The notes below the pieces were generated by a model. That model was not told the origin of the DNA. It did no database searches and saw only the letters and a list, made by a program, of their open reading frames with translations. A stretch of 50,180 nt of DNA. Source: a virus (taxonomy: Duplodnaviria; Caudoviricetes). The DNA lies in IMG/VR virus record IMGVR_UViG_3300033141_001359, positions 1 through 50,180 of that record, one strand, 5' to 3'. Positions 41,801 through 50,066 of this stretch are shown here, piece after piece; the first letter of the stretch is position 1, and every line of letters begins with the position of its first letter. The position numbers and the translations under genes are program-made.

Positions 41801-41860
41801 TGCCCGCCTTATGGCGACGGCGGGGTTACTTCTCCGTTTGGCCATCAGCGGCATATTCAA
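38849..41860 (-). CDS. MuF / SPP1 gp7-like head morphogenesis protein interrupted by two inteins (about 295 aa after splicing)
   Basis: RAELITRT...W....DDAL|CDYC...PPLHPN|CRC restored by removing both inteins. Confidence 0.9.
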   Translation of the reverse strand: MNMPLMAKRRSNPAVAIRRAAISDGWLPKMRQAMRRELAAHVKEAAKAVGEGRQKWAAELAPKWAKSLAAVKLPLMLAMTMDGYHLAEVEFGKGAAIREMMAKDEIILDAEPPTPPISIGELETAFGHEAYLAQRLHTPVGDWVAMTSKWETETSAREIERIVRRGAAEGLTPRDMQKQLLSQGLARSKTRAELITRTTTIWSYNEGAKQLYADEGVGTVSWLVTDDDALCLDGYSRVLSADGTVAIKDIEPGDLVCTPEGLRRVMAKSQRATDGPLSLVCCENGMLLCTANHRIYEKSRGWVKAGNLKTGDVIQNPDNKGDHVVTVVDLVFGNPNDRPSPLLKIARFAGVAAHILVPIFTIYLQRNLAFWKRKINRVTSDLTFLIKRNVRSLQGFADNLFDSSFALIASVTGNRTKSAITRGLPPKLLAACEAGKKVGGPITCFGTILPLWSVGNKRFTTADTDLSSPNMCPALPTTNGISLGNAGVDSKSLATNGADLQYLVGCASQITGTRTEASSPIGGGCRYDKFRAAYLASQSRSFLRRGMITASTTICVCTNWMRRALKCLAAILTGKMIHGSILLTGLRALYHLWQGKATVFDIKVEDAACFYANGILVHNCDYCSAFDGMEIPINDRFVAAGTRLEGETEVDGYTELTGGHMDIPFDVEHPPLHPNCVAGETAILAPGKLAGFVAPYNGPVIELGFADSGRLTVTPNHMLLTPWGFAKAKSLREGDQVIYCPSFERIIGSHPNNNGHPTRIDDVVKALAASKGMTTGRVPMTPEYFHGDGTFLNGKVNVIATDSFLRSHGQTPTRKSNGETGFSGSYAELLPLPGERDFATMLLRLGAVADSIMGGRREAEAFSRRELLHSDFVGVASTSRSDISSKKSAANGCSGNVKRAGKRQFRFPGDIAPDNIARVQEQYSLIGLDGISVKDSKHSRKVDAREFRELLSGYAGEILPTNVTFTRRRNFRGHVYDLQTIPSLYIANGVVSSNCRCTLLASI
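38879..39835 (-). mobile_element. Intein 2 (319 aa) in MuF HPN|CRC
   Basis: CVAGET (block A), LTVTPNH (block B), VYDLQT...YIANGVVSSN|C (blocks F/G; penultimate Ser). Confidence 0.88.
38884..38912 (+). promoter_or_regulatory. Perfect sigma70 promoter inside intein 2, antisense
   Basis: TTGACA (38884-89)-17 bp-TATAAT (38907-12); GGAGG at 38926-30; ATG at 38939. Confidence 0.9.
38939..39847 (+). CDS. Antisense-encoded putative homing endonuclease: two HTH, NUMOD3-like motif, Vsr/DUF559-like nuclease
   Basis: YLSGISAQKLA..TGINLATVFRIL; YVAGESELALSRSFHVSRTAIRRRL; QSEEHRCKIA; E...QKAIGRYNVDLA...VAVEIFGGHWH...GW. Confidence 0.85.
   Translation: MTTKVSASCERDVCRQYLSGISAQKLAEFTGINLATVFRILHRNAIKPNQRILLLDTSDIVRRYVAGESELALSRSFHVSRTAIRRRLLAANITPRSGSDANKIRMQKLSPAERLSLTSAAHDAIRNRPQSEEHRCKIAFTRERKQLGIAPAETRLAIALAGRGLTVTAQKAIGRYNVDLAIEEGSVAVEIFGGHWHTTGRHALGCRKRLDYIINAGWVPVIIWVTPDYPLEAGAVNYLVSLSKALSLGKAPRGQEHVIRGDGKPTGIGKTKLNYRAVVGGDKTGKLTRGQDGRFTSDAVGM
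40069..40097 (+). promoter_or_regulatory. sigma70 promoter inside intein 1, antisense
   Basis: TTGCTT (40069-74)-17 bp-TATAAT (40092-97) with TGn extension; AGGAG at 40113-17; ATG at 40127. Confidence 0.85.
40127..40966 (+). CDS. Antisense-encoded putative homing endonuclease: five Cys4 Zn-finger repeats plus DUF559/Vsr-like nuclease
   Basis: 5 x CxxCG..F...CS..C; ETRIE...QERQVGRYSIDFA...ALEVDGKYWH...D..K...L...GWTVIRI. Confidence 0.92.
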   Translation: MYHLTCEYCGKAFERPSHPVGAHTYCSTRCYHAATKKAPTLTCQICGAKFIVPTSTANRGRRFCSRACYLRSTANKVLKVCAVCGKTFAINASIAERYTVCSWKCRAHVRRTQICVRCGKSFITNRPKGKYCSEACYRPPHLFTCLTCGKKFRRQPTSNRRFCSIACYRRYQGETRIEKIVRKALEAAHISFNQERQVGRYSIDFALPKGKIALEVDGKYWHQDMRRDARKTRYLQKRGWTVIRITEDQINNSHNMVALVIGILNNIPGFQITRLDPPA

Positions 41861-41890
41861 CTTTTAGAGCCAATCCAATTAGCCAAATGC

Positions 41891-43159
41891 CTATTCTTCC
41901 GGCTCCTCTGCCGGCTTGCTCCGCACGGGCTGCTCCACAATATTGATTGGCAGCAGGTACACGTCCCCGTCATCCACAGCCTCCAGTCCGGCCATGTCAC
42001 GCGCCTCGTTGCGCGTTATCGCCCCGCCCCTGAGCAGTTCCGCCGCCCGCTTCGCCCGCTGGTTCACGTCCTCCTGAAGCTCCGGTATGTCATCCAGCTT
42101 GAAGCGTATCTCAAGGCGCTCCTCGCCCTCGTTACGGAACAGGCCCCGCGTCAGCGTCCCCGCCAACGCCGCCCATAGTGGCCTCAGCGTCTCGGTGTAG
42201 AACGATTTGCGGGCCGTGGCGTAGTTCGAATACGTCGCGCTTTCGATGCCCACACGGACGCCCACGAGGATCGGCGGCACGGCGAATGCCGCGCAGATAC
42301 GCGACTCCGACAAGGCCGCGAATCCAGGCCAGTCCATGTCTTTCAGGATGCCGGGGAATTCGATTGAGACGCCGGGTGGCAGGATCGGCGTTCCGCCCCG
42401 TTTCCCCTTGCCCGCGATGTCGTGCAACGACTGCCGCAAATCAGCCTTCTGCCGCTCGCTCAAGGGGGCATTCCCAGGCTCTCGCTTCAGCGTAAGGCCG
42501 GGCACCTTGAGGTTCGTGAGCATTTCAACGAGATAATTCTCCCGTTCACAGTCAAGCTGATAGTCATGCAATGCGGCCTGAAGCGGCCCCACGCCGTCAT
42601 AGACGCTGGATGGGTCTATGAACCGCGCATAGAACATGTCTTCCGTCTCGACCTTGCGGACTTGATGCCTATCCTGGATCACCTCGTAATAGTCAATCAG
42701 CTTGCCGCCCGTGCCGCCGGTCTTGACCGAGACCCAGCTTGTCGGAACCGGCCAAAGCTCTGCGAGTTCACCGGCCCGCGTCCGCCATTTCCAGATGAAC
42801 GATTTCCCGGCCAGCAGTAGCCGAGAGACCCATTCCTGCATCAGGCTGTTGTAGTCCCCGAATTCGTTAGGGCTATTCAGCAGGTCGGCTATCGGATGCG
42901 CCGGTGCGGCTTCCCAACCGTCCGGCGTCTGTAGCCCGACCTCGACACCCGCATCCGCGATTGATGTCGCAATCTCCTGCACGCAGGCGCGGATGACCGC
43001 GTGGTTCCTGTACGCCTTTTCCCTTTCGGCGGTCGAGTAGCTCTCCCAGATATTGTCGCTGACAATCCACGGGATGCCCGCGAGGACTTCCCAGCCGCTC
43101 GCATTGACGCCAGTGTCCTGCGCCTTGCCGCCCCATAGCCGCTTCAGCCAGCCCCTCAC
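41891..43159 (-). CDS. Portal protein (HK97-like)
   Basis: HPIADLLNSPN...LWPVP...GVGPL...ICAAFAVPPILVG...ATYSN...ITRNEAR; GTG overlapping the TerL stop. Confidence 0.95.
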   Translation of the reverse strand: MRGWLKRLWGGKAQDTGVNASGWEVLAGIPWIVSDNIWESYSTAEREKAYRNHAVIRACVQEIATSIADAGVEVGLQTPDGWEAAPAHPIADLLNSPNEFGDYNSLMQEWVSRLLLAGKSFIWKWRTRAGELAELWPVPTSWVSVKTGGTGGKLIDYYEVIQDRHQVRKVETEDMFYARFIDPSSVYDGVGPLQAALHDYQLDCERENYLVEMLTNLKVPGLTLKREPGNAPLSERQKADLRQSLHDIAGKGKRGGTPILPPGVSIEFPGILKDMDWPGFAALSESRICAAFAVPPILVGVRVGIESATYSNYATARKSFYTETLRPLWAALAGTLTRGLFRNEGEERLEIRFKLDDIPELQEDVNQRAKRAAELLRGGAITRNEARDMAGLEAVDDGDVYLLPINIVEQPVRSKPAEEPEE

Positions 43160-44382
43160 AGCAGTTCGATCCTCATGCTGTCCTCTGCTTTCGCCCCAGA
43201 CCACGCCAGCATCAACGCGGTCACGCAGTCATCGTGCATCCCCTCTGGCGCACTGTATCGCAGCATCCCTCCCGGCAGCCGCGTCATCCCGTATGCCTGC
43301 AACTCGCCGATCAGCACCGGATCGGGGATAATTTTCAGTTCGCCCCGCTGGAACGCCAACGCAAGCGCCTCCACGGCATTCTTCTTGCTCCCCGCCGTCG
43401 TCGTAAAAGGCTGCACGGGAAGCTCATCGCCTATCAACTGCTCTATCAGCGGCTCGCCCATGCTGTTGCGTTCGGCCACGATCAGGTCGGGCCTGAACCG
43501 GTCATAGACCGCCCTCAGCCGCTTCAACTGTAGCGTGTAGTCAATCTCGTTGAACCTGTCCTGGTACACGCAGGCCCTCTGGGTCGCGTCAATCACGGAG
43601 AGTACCGTGAAGTCCCGCAGCTTGCCCCAGTCAACGCCCATCACGTAACTGTGGCCATCAACGGCCCCTTCCTGCCATACGGCAGTCGCGGCGTCATTTA
43701 CGGCCCGGAACACCTCGCCCGCGTCGTCCATGAACTCTGCGAGGAACTCCTGCCGGAATATCCGGTCGGGCAGTGTCCGCCGGGCATCCTCTATCTCCGG
43801 TGCGGGGATAAACGGATTGTCCGAAGTCGGCAGTCGCCACGACGCCCACGCGGGCAGCTTGTCATCTATGCCCCGCTGGTATAGCCCGAATGCCCAGTTC
43901 CGCCCCTTTGGTACGCCTATAAACATCGCCCAGCCCCGATAGTCAGCCAATGTAGGCCGCACGAATTCCGACCACACCCGCTCCGGCATCATAGAGAATT
44001 CGTCCAGAACGACGCCCCGCACGCCCTCCCCGCTCAAGCTGTCAGGCCGCTCGGCGGTTCGGAGCCATATCTCGCTCCCGTTCGGAACCCGAATTTCCTT
44101 GTCCGCCTCTCTAATCTGTGCCCCAGCGGGCCGTAGCCGCCGCCCCAGTAGCCGCCAGGCGCGCTTCATAGACGCCGACCGCCAGGACAGCCCGACCCAC
44201 CAGTAGAGTCCCGGCGTCTGGCAGATTCCCCTGATGATCCGGTCAACCCCGAGCTCCGTCTTGCCCCAGCGCCTGCCTGCAAATACGACCTGAAACCGCG
44301 CACTGGAACTAAAGATTTGCCGCTGCGCGGGATGAGGCCGAGGCATCGCAATAGTGATTGTGCCGCCACCTTCACTCCGCAT
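43156..44382 (-). CDS. terL: Terminase large subunit
   Basis: AGRRWGKT (Walker A), VVLDE (Walker B), GVDWG, HDDCV. Confidence 0.95.
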   Translation of the reverse strand: MRSEGGGTITIAMPRPHPAQRQIFSSSARFQVVFAGRRWGKTELGVDRIIRGICQTPGLYWWVGLSWRSASMKRAWRLLGRRLRPAGAQIREADKEIRVPNGSEIWLRTAERPDSLSGEGVRGVVLDEFSMMPERVWSEFVRPTLADYRGWAMFIGVPKGRNWAFGLYQRGIDDKLPAWASWRLPTSDNPFIPAPEIEDARRTLPDRIFRQEFLAEFMDDAGEVFRAVNDAATAVWQEGAVDGHSYVMGVDWGKLRDFTVLSVIDATQRACVYQDRFNEIDYTLQLKRLRAVYDRFRPDLIVAERNSMGEPLIEQLIGDELPVQPFTTTAGSKKNAVEALALAFQRGELKIIPDPVLIGELQAYGMTRLPGGMLRYSAPEGMHDDCVTALMLAWSGAKAEDSMRIELL

Positions 44383-44773
44383 CCCCGTTATGGTTTTCCT
44401 CGTCCTCGAACACGAATTTCACCGCCATCGGCCCGCCGCCGGAGCCGGTCATCTCGATTTTCTGCGCCCTCAACTGCCGACAATGGTTCAACAGGCTGTG
44501 CGCCGCCGCCTGCTTAACGCGGTCATCATCTGAGCGCAGCAATGAACGCTGCGTCAGGAGTGCTTCGGCCTCTACCTCGTCAAGGTACTTCGCACGGGCG
44601 AGTTCGTATTCCGCGCGCCAAACGTCTGAATGCTTATGCGTCAAGGCGATTCGTGCGCTGTCATCATTGGTGTAGCCGAACTGCTTCGCAATCACGGCCC
44701 ACGTCACGCCGGTGACGCGCAGATGCGCCACGCGCTCTATTTTGTCCCGTAACTCAGGTGATAACTCACTCAT
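44372..44773 (-). CDS. Terminase small subunit (putative)
   Basis: N-terminal HTH; KIEMTGSGGGPM; directly upstream of TerL. Confidence 0.75.
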   Translation of the reverse strand: MSELSPELRDKIERVAHLRVTGVTWAVIAKQFGYTNDDSARIALTHKHSDVWRAEYELARAKYLDEVEAEALLTQRSLLRSDDDRVKQAAAHSLLNHCRQLRAQKIEMTGSGGGPMAVKFVFEDEENHNGDAE

Positions 44774-45239
44774 TTGGCATCACCTTGCCCGATTCGGTCT
44801 TTGCCTTTTTGCGCATCAGATTGATATTGTGCTTTCGGCCCATATTGCGCTCAATAACCTCGTATCCCAAATGCTCGTAAAATGCGGTTGGATCGCCAGT
44901 GCTTTGGTCTGCCTTACTGCGAATGTAGCTCGGTCGAAGATGTGCAACGAGATTACTGCCGATATGGCGTCCGCGATAATGAGGATGCACAAGCAGATTC
45001 CAGAGCCCGCGTCTCTTTTGATTTCCGAGCGTGGCCCACGCCACGAGGCGTTCAGCGTCAAACACCACCCAAGTTTCGTCATTCTGCATCTTGTCCACAA
45101 GATAAGCGCGTCTGACCAACCAATCCTTGCGGAGATAGATGTCCACGAACGCAAGAATCTTGGGAATATCATCTTGTGTCGCCCGACGAAATGTCAGTCC
45201 GTCTTTCTCAAAAGCCGAAGCAGACAAGTCTCCCTCCAA
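44766..45239 (-). CDS. GNAT-family acetyltransferase
   Basis: FRRATQDDI...LLVHPHYRGRHIGSNL...FYEHLGY; start uncertain. Confidence 0.85.
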   Translation of the reverse strand: MEGDLSASAFEKDGLTFRRATQDDIPKILAFVDIYLRKDWLVRRAYLVDKMQNDETWVVFDAERLVAWATLGNQKRRGLWNLLVHPHYRGRHIGSNLVAHLRPSYIRSKADQSTGDPTAFYEHLGYEVIERNMGRKHNINLMRKKAKTESGKVMPNE

Positions 45240-45805
45240 CCCAGATCAAGTGTTTCGCCTGCATCTTCGCGCTCTGTGTGCAGTCGCTCCTGAACATAGG
45301 CCGCATCGTCCTTGGTAAACTTGAACATGAGAGTGTAGGAATCCATCTCAATCTCACGCGAAGTCACATCCACAGAATCAAGCGTCATGCTCAATCTATC
45401 CAGTCTCAGATTTTGCGACAGGTCAGGAAGGTCGGTCTTGATCTCATCAAGCACCGTCTTGAGCTCGGGCGTGAACTCCCCGACAATCTCCGGGCTGTTG
45501 GCCGCTACGTTGGCCGCCTTCTCGGTTGCATCATCCCAGTCCACGACGCGAATCGGCCAGCGGTCGCCGTTCGGACAGACGACCGAATGGTTGTCTAGCT
45601 TCAGCCGGTCGCCCCATTGACTGCGCAGTGCCTTCATGCGCTGATGCCCGGTCACGAGATGGCCGCTGCGCGAATTCCAAGTCAGGCCCGAAATGTCCCC
45701 GAAATGCCCGACGGAATGCTTCAGGGCCGTGAACGCCTCCGGCGAAATCTCGCGCGGGTTGTACGGCGAGGGCTTCAAATCCTCTATGCTCGTAAGTTCA
45801 CTCAC
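45194..45805 (-). CDS. ParB/Srx-like N-terminal domain protein
   Basis: DLKPSPYNPREI...LKHSVGHFG...WN...LVTGHQR..AL...EKAANVAAN. Confidence 0.85.
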   Translation of the reverse strand: MSELTSIEDLKPSPYNPREISPEAFTALKHSVGHFGDISGLTWNSRSGHLVTGHQRMKALRSQWGDRLKLDNHSVVCPNGDRWPIRVVDWDDATEKAANVAANSPEIVGEFTPELKTVLDEIKTDLPDLSQNLRLDRLSMTLDSVDVTSREIEMDSYTLMFKFTKDDAAYVQERLHTEREDAGETLDLGWRETCLLRLLRKTD

Positions 45806-46009
45806 CCATCTTCCCCCGGCAGCCCGTCCCATTCGCTCCTTCTTCGACCCCTATGAAACTCCTTCGCCCTTAATCATATCACCGGACATGCTTCGGCGCA
45901 AGTCCTCTGAGAAAAATTTTTCAGGCAGGGCCTCGACGCCTGTCTACGTGCACCGTACAGGCAAGCCCGAATCGCTTTTGCCCTAACATGCAAGGTAGCC
46001 TGTCCGCCA

Positions 46010-46267
46010 TTATCTTTTCAGGGCAATGCCCACGCACCAGAAGAAGCAACCTTTAAGAACCCCGAGACCAGCCAATACCCCCGCAATCCCATATTCGACC
46101 GTGCCGAACTCGAAACTCCTGCCCAGCGTGACTACCAGGGCCCCGCCAAGCAAGGACAGAGTGAACACAAATAACCCTATAATCTTGCAGAATTCCGAAA
46201 GCGGGCCCAGGTCTCCGTCCCACTTTCCAGGCGCTTCCCGCCAACTACCCGGTCTTTCCGCTTTCAT
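46010..46267 (-). CDS. Membrane protein
   Basis: Two hydrophobic segments. Confidence 0.55.
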   Translation of the reverse strand: MKAERPGSWREAPGKWDGDLGPLSEFCKIIGLFVFTLSLLGGALVVTLGRSFEFGTVEYGIAGVLAGLGVLKGCFFWCVGIALKR

Positions 46268-46590
46268 TCTGGCCTCCTTGTCTCAAGCCCAAGATATTCT
46301 ATTACCGCATCTATGCCGCCCACAACGACCTTGCCACCCAATGCCTCCTCGCGTTCCTTGAACTCCCTCTGCGCAGACGAGAGCCTATCGCGGCCAGCCT
46401 TGATTTCGACCCAGAACCGCAGGCCGTTGGGAATCACGCCGTATCTCGCGGGAAGTTGAATCCATAGGTCTGGCAAACCCGCAGTACCATATAGGCGACC
46501 TACCTGCGAAAGCACATTAGCCGTTCCACCCATTGCCGCCACGAGCCTGCGCACAGCTTCAATCGCGGTCTTGTGTGGGCTTCGTGTCAT
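46264..46590 (-). CDS. VRR-NUC domain nuclease
   Basis: GLPDL...FWVEIKAGRDRLSSAQREF. Confidence 0.85.
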   Translation of the reverse strand: MTRSPHKTAIEAVRRLVAAMGGTANVLSQVGRLYGTAGLPDLWIQLPARYGVIPNGLRFWVEIKAGRDRLSSAQREFKEREEALGGKVVVGGIDAVIEYLGLETRRPE

Positions 46591-46946
46591 GGCTTCTCCT
46601 TGATTCCAAGCTGCCGAAACGTAATGCGGCGCATATCAGCAAGATGCCTTTCGGTAGCCTCAAGCTGTGCCCGTGTAGCCGTGTTCGGCATGTCAATGCC
46701 GCCTCGTCGGTCAAACTGTCGCGCTAGTTCTTTCATAAGCAAGCGGGCGATGTTCTTCTCCAGCGTAAGCGACGGCTCATCTCGGCGAACGCCAAAATTC
46801 ACAATCTCAGCCCATTCCAGCTTCACGGGTTTGACAACGAATTGATTGTCGCCGACGATTCTGAAAATATCTATGCCGATGGCATTGTGTTCCATCGGTA
46901 AATCATAGACCACAACCTCCAACGGCTTCTGAAGAATAATACTCAT
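46587..46946 (-). CDS. Hypothetical protein
   Basis: ATGA overlaps; ATERHLADMRRI. Confidence 0.65.
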   Translation of the reverse strand: MSIILQKPLEVVVYDLPMEHNAIGIDIFRIVGDNQFVVKPVKLEWAEIVNFGVRRDEPSLTLEKNIARLLMKELARQFDRRGGIDMPNTATRAQLEATERHLADMRRITFRQLGIKEKP

Positions 46947-47236
46947 GATTTTTCCTTCAGGGCGAATTCAATCATCTCCGCGTCCGGCGCGCCGTAGGCA
47001 AAACGTATATCTCGCTCAGCGAGTTTCCGCCCAACCCAATCCCGCCAGATGCAGGCCGCCTCGTGGTTGCTAACAACGTGGTCAAAATTCCATGTATTGG
47101 TTTCCTCCACGTGCCACCATACGAGCCAACCGGTAGGGCACACTTGGAGCCTCTTCATAAGGCCCTTGTATTCCCACTTCGGCCAGCCTACGACCTTCGC
47201 CAGTTCTTCGGCGTGCTGCACCCAAATATCCTTCAT
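46943..47236 (-). CDS. Hypothetical protein, paralog of the junction-spanning ORF
   Basis: KDIW..HA.....V.GWP.W...HEAACIWRDWV. Confidence 0.7.
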   Translation of the reverse strand: MKDIWVQHAEELAKVVGWPKWEYKGLMKRLQVCPTGWLVWWHVEETNTWNFDHVVSNHEAACIWRDWVGRKLAERDIRFAYGAPDAEMIEFALKEKS

Positions 47237-47284
47237 AACATCCCTCCTCAAAAGGTCAGAACGGAATCGGCGTCCTATTGGCCG

Positions 47285-47599
47285 TCAATCTGTTCCATTG
47301 CCATCGGTTACCTTACACGGCGTCTCGCCATACTCTACGGCAATCCAGTCCGACCATCGAGATTCTCCCTCCCGCAGCCACGCGATAAACGCTTTGCGTC
47401 TTTCGTTGCCAATGTCGCTATCTTCCCAGCCTTCCTTGCTCCCGTCTGGCGCAACAAGAAAACTGGCATAACCATTTATCGGGCTACGGACTATCTCTGA
47501 AACCGTCAGGCCAAGAGATATGGCCTTTTCGCGTATAGAATTCAAGCCTTCTTCGTCGCAACTCGTTACGATAATAGCGTCGTGTTTTATCCAGCCCAT
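47285..47599 (-). CDS. Hypothetical protein
   Basis: HDAIIVT...NGYASFLVAPDGSKEGWEDSD. Confidence 0.7.
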   Translation of the reverse strand: MGWIKHDAIIVTSCDEEGLNSIREKAISLGLTVSEIVRSPINGYASFLVAPDGSKEGWEDSDIGNERRKAFIAWLREGESRWSDWIAVEYGETPCKVTDGNGTD

Positions 47600-47617
47600 A
47601 GCATCCCTCCTCCGAAG

Positions 47618-48160
47618 TCAGAACGGAATTGCTGTCTTGCCGTCGGCAAACAACGCGCTCGCTGGGACTTCGCCCTGCTTGTGCGCGTAATATTCGCGGT
47701 GACTCGCGTATGGCCGCTCATCCACAGGCCACCCGATGCGCCTCGCCTCCGCCAGGAACGTATCAATCGCCTGCACGCGGTCTGCGTAGTTTGGCGATAG
47801 CATCCCCTTGCAACACGCGCTCGATATGCGATGCTGCTCGTCTGTGCCGATTCGGCCCCAGAACCTGCCGTTTTCCTCTTTCTCTGCGTATCGTTCATCC
47901 ACCTCAACCGAGTCGCCAGCTTTGTATGTGGCACGCCGCTTCTGGCCTGGCGTCGGCTCCATGTCCACGGAGGGCGGGCGAAAGCTCGACATCTTCGGCC
48001 TGAACTTCGTATCGGCAACGACCTGCGATACTATCCGCTCAAGCGGGGCCTGGGGCCGGTTGCGCCACCAGCCGCGCACCATCCGCGTCTCGAACTCCGT
48101 AATATTCGGCCAGCGTTCGAGCACCGGTTGCCAAGTCTCCGTGAACTCCGCGTCCGTCAT
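47618..48160 (-). CDS. Hypothetical protein, possible helicase loader/inhibitor
   Basis: ATGA-coupled directly downstream of the replication initiator; function inferred from position only. Confidence 0.5.
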   Translation of the reverse strand: MTDAEFTETWQPVLERWPNITEFETRMVRGWWRNRPQAPLERIVSQVVADTKFRPKMSSFRPPSVDMEPTPGQKRRATYKAGDSVEVDERYAEKEENGRFWGRIGTDEQHRISSACCKGMLSPNYADRVQAIDTFLAEARRIGWPVDERPYASHREYYAHKQGEVPASALFADGKTAIPF

Positions 48161-48891
48161 CGCTTTTCTCCAGGAAACATACGCTCAAGCCGTTCCTTCG
48201 CAGTCTCCTTGAACAAGACCTCTTCAAACTCCCAGGGCTTCATGCCGACCGTCGCCTTCTTCTCAATCGCATCTGATATGGCCGCCGTGTCCTTGCCCTG
48301 GTCAATCGCGGATTGCAGCCGTTTCCTTACACCCTCTGGATGACCGCCGTACTTCGTCTTGTTGATGAACTGCTTTACGAGCATATAGATTTCCATATCA
48401 GGTGAACCCGGTTGTTTCCTTTCTTCTGCTTCTGTATCTCCATCTGCATCTACTTCTGCATCTAGTGACCCGATTTTGTCCCGATTTTGTCCCAGTTCTG
48501 TCCCAGCTTCGGCGCTGCCAAGTCCGTCGCGCCGAGGTCGTAAAGGACTGCGGCGTTGATGCTTAGCGAAATTTGGAAAGCCCCAAGCACCATTTTTATC
48601 CTTATTCATTAGCCCCATTTTTGCAAACTTTTCAACGCATTTTTGCCCCGTTCTTGCGTCAATTCTCAAGAATCGCCACACATCTTCGAGCGATGCAGGT
48701 ACATTATGTTCGTAGAAATAGCCGCGACGGGAACTCGGCTGAGCTAAGCTCGCCAAGTCGTACATACGGCGATATACTCCCTCTTCCGTCACGCTAAGGG
48801 AAGCCCACCGGAGCGATGTGAGCGCCTTTGTTGGAAACCATTTGTACCAGACATATTCATTTGGTGCGGGCATTCCTTTTGCCTTTCCCAT
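48157..48891 (-). CDS. Phage replication initiator / replisome organiser-like protein
   Basis: WYKWFP...LS..EEGVYRRM N-terminal domain; low-complexity linker with DNA repeats. Confidence 0.7.
   Translation of the reverse strand: MGKAKGMPAPNEYVWYKWFPTKALTSLRWASLSVTEEGVYRRMYDLASLAQPSSRRGYFYEHNVPASLEDVWRFLRIDARTGQKCVEKFAKMGLMNKDKNGAWGFPNFAKHQRRSPLRPRRDGLGSAEAGTELGQNRDKIGSLDAEVDADGDTEAEERKQPGSPDMEIYMLVKQFINKTKYGGHPEGVRKRLQSAIDQGKDTAAISDAIEKKATVGMKPWEFEEVLFKETAKERLERMFPGEKR
48469..48510. repeat. 11-bp tandem iteron-like repeats (candidate origin)
   Basis: CCCGATTTTGT x2, CCCAGTTCTGT, CCCAGCTTC inside the initiator gene. Confidence 0.55.
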
Positions 48892-49023
48892 AACTGAGCT
48901 TTCCAAACAGAGCAAGCGCCGGAAGTGTGGACAGGCGATCCCACCAAAGGAGGGAAAGTCATCTTCCGACGCTCGCAAATTTGTGCTGTTGGGTTCATGG
49001 TGAAACCGCCTTCCACTACCCCT

Positions 49024-49051
49024 ATTGTACCACAATGCTACGTATTGTCAA
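49024..49051 (-). promoter_or_regulatory. sigma70-type promoter upstream of replication genes
   Basis: TTGACA-16 bp-TACAAT with TGn extension. Confidence 0.75.
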
Positions 49052-49138
49052 GCATATTTTCAGCGTCACGAGTTGGCGTGCACTAGCCAATGGCGGATGC
49101 AGTGGCCGCAGTATGCCCACCATTCCACCCTCTTAGCC

Positions 49139-49339
49139 TCAAAGAAATCCCTCAAAGAGCATTCGCGTCCGGCCACATTTTGAGCACGTCGCGTTGGGCT
49201 GGTCGCTCAAACCTTTGGCCTCACTGCTTTCAATGGTCAAGTCCGCCTTGACGAATCGCCCGCATGTCTCGCACACGGGCACAAACGTCGCGCCGTCCTC
49301 GTATTGGATGCGCCGTATGCTCTCGTACTCCCCGCTCAT
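49139..49339 (-). CDS. Zn-ribbon protein
   Basis: CETCGRFVK...CSKCG. Confidence 0.65.
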   Translation of the reverse strand: MSGEYESIRRIQYEDGATFVPVCETCGRFVKADLTIESSEAKGLSDQPNATCSKCGRTRMLFEGFL

Positions 49340-49343
49340 TCTT

Positions 49344-49547
49344 CTACAGTATCTTCCATTCGACAGGCGGCTCCTTCGGGAAACACACAGATTCCGCTTT
49401 GAGCACGTACACCCGCCGCTTTTCCTGCTTGCAGATGCGTTCGGCCTCAACCTGGGCCTGCCTGCATGTCCGATGCACCTTAGCCGGTGTGCGCCTACCG
49501 TCGCACCATACCATCCAGAATGTCTGCTCTATTTCCGTTTCCATCAC
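49344..49547 (-). CDS. Hypothetical protein
   Basis: FWMVW...P...H.....A..EAERI.......VYVL. Confidence 0.65.
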   Translation of the reverse strand: MMETEIEQTFWMVWCDGRRTPAKVHRTCRQAQVEAERICKQEKRRVYVLKAESVCFPKEPPVEWKIL

Positions 49548-49574
49548 TTCTCCTTTCTGTCATATGATTCAGCT

Positions 49575-49982
49575 TCACGGCTTGCCTTTCTCTGTCTGTG
49601 CTTCGGCAAGCTCGGCCTTCAACCGCTCGACCTCGGCCTTGAGCGCCTTGCGTTCGCCACGTACTTTGTCAAAGTTCACCTCTGGAATCATACCGTCGAG
49701 GGCATCTGTGAGAATGGTCTTGAGGCTTTTCGGGTCGTCGGGGCCTTCGAGCGTGTAGCGTATCATGCGTTCCAGCCGCCTAATCTCCGCATCCTTGCCT
49801 TTCTCACGCAGTCGTATCTGTGTAGCGAGCGCCTGCCACTTGTTGGCAGCTTTCTTCAAGCGCTCAATCTCTTCATTTGCAAGAGCCAAGTCCATTTCAA
49901 GCTGCGCGATTTCCTGGCACGCGAATATCGGGATAGTGAGTTCCGCCCCGTCTGGGCAGGTGATATGGAGTGTATCAATCAT
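49575..49982 (-). CDS. Coiled-coil protein
   Basis: MIDTLHITCPDG...; EEIERLK / AEVERLK heptads. Confidence 0.65.
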   Translation of the reverse strand: MIDTLHITCPDGAELTIPIFACQEIAQLEMDLALANEEIERLKKAANKWQALATQIRLREKGKDAEIRRLERMIRYTLEGPDDPKSLKTILTDALDGMIPEVNFDKVRGERKALKAEVERLKAELAEAQTEKGKP

Positions 49983-50066
49983 TGGGCTGCGCCTCAACAG
50001 CAAGCCTGAGCTTGATAAGTGCCGAATCGTAGGTCTCCTGGCTCCCACTATCAACGGACTCGTCTG

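Noticed and set aside
38849-41860. MuF polymorphic toxin fusion or pseudogene
   Set aside because: The extra length is fully explained by two inteins; the frame is intact and ends just after CRC with no C-terminal toxin domain.
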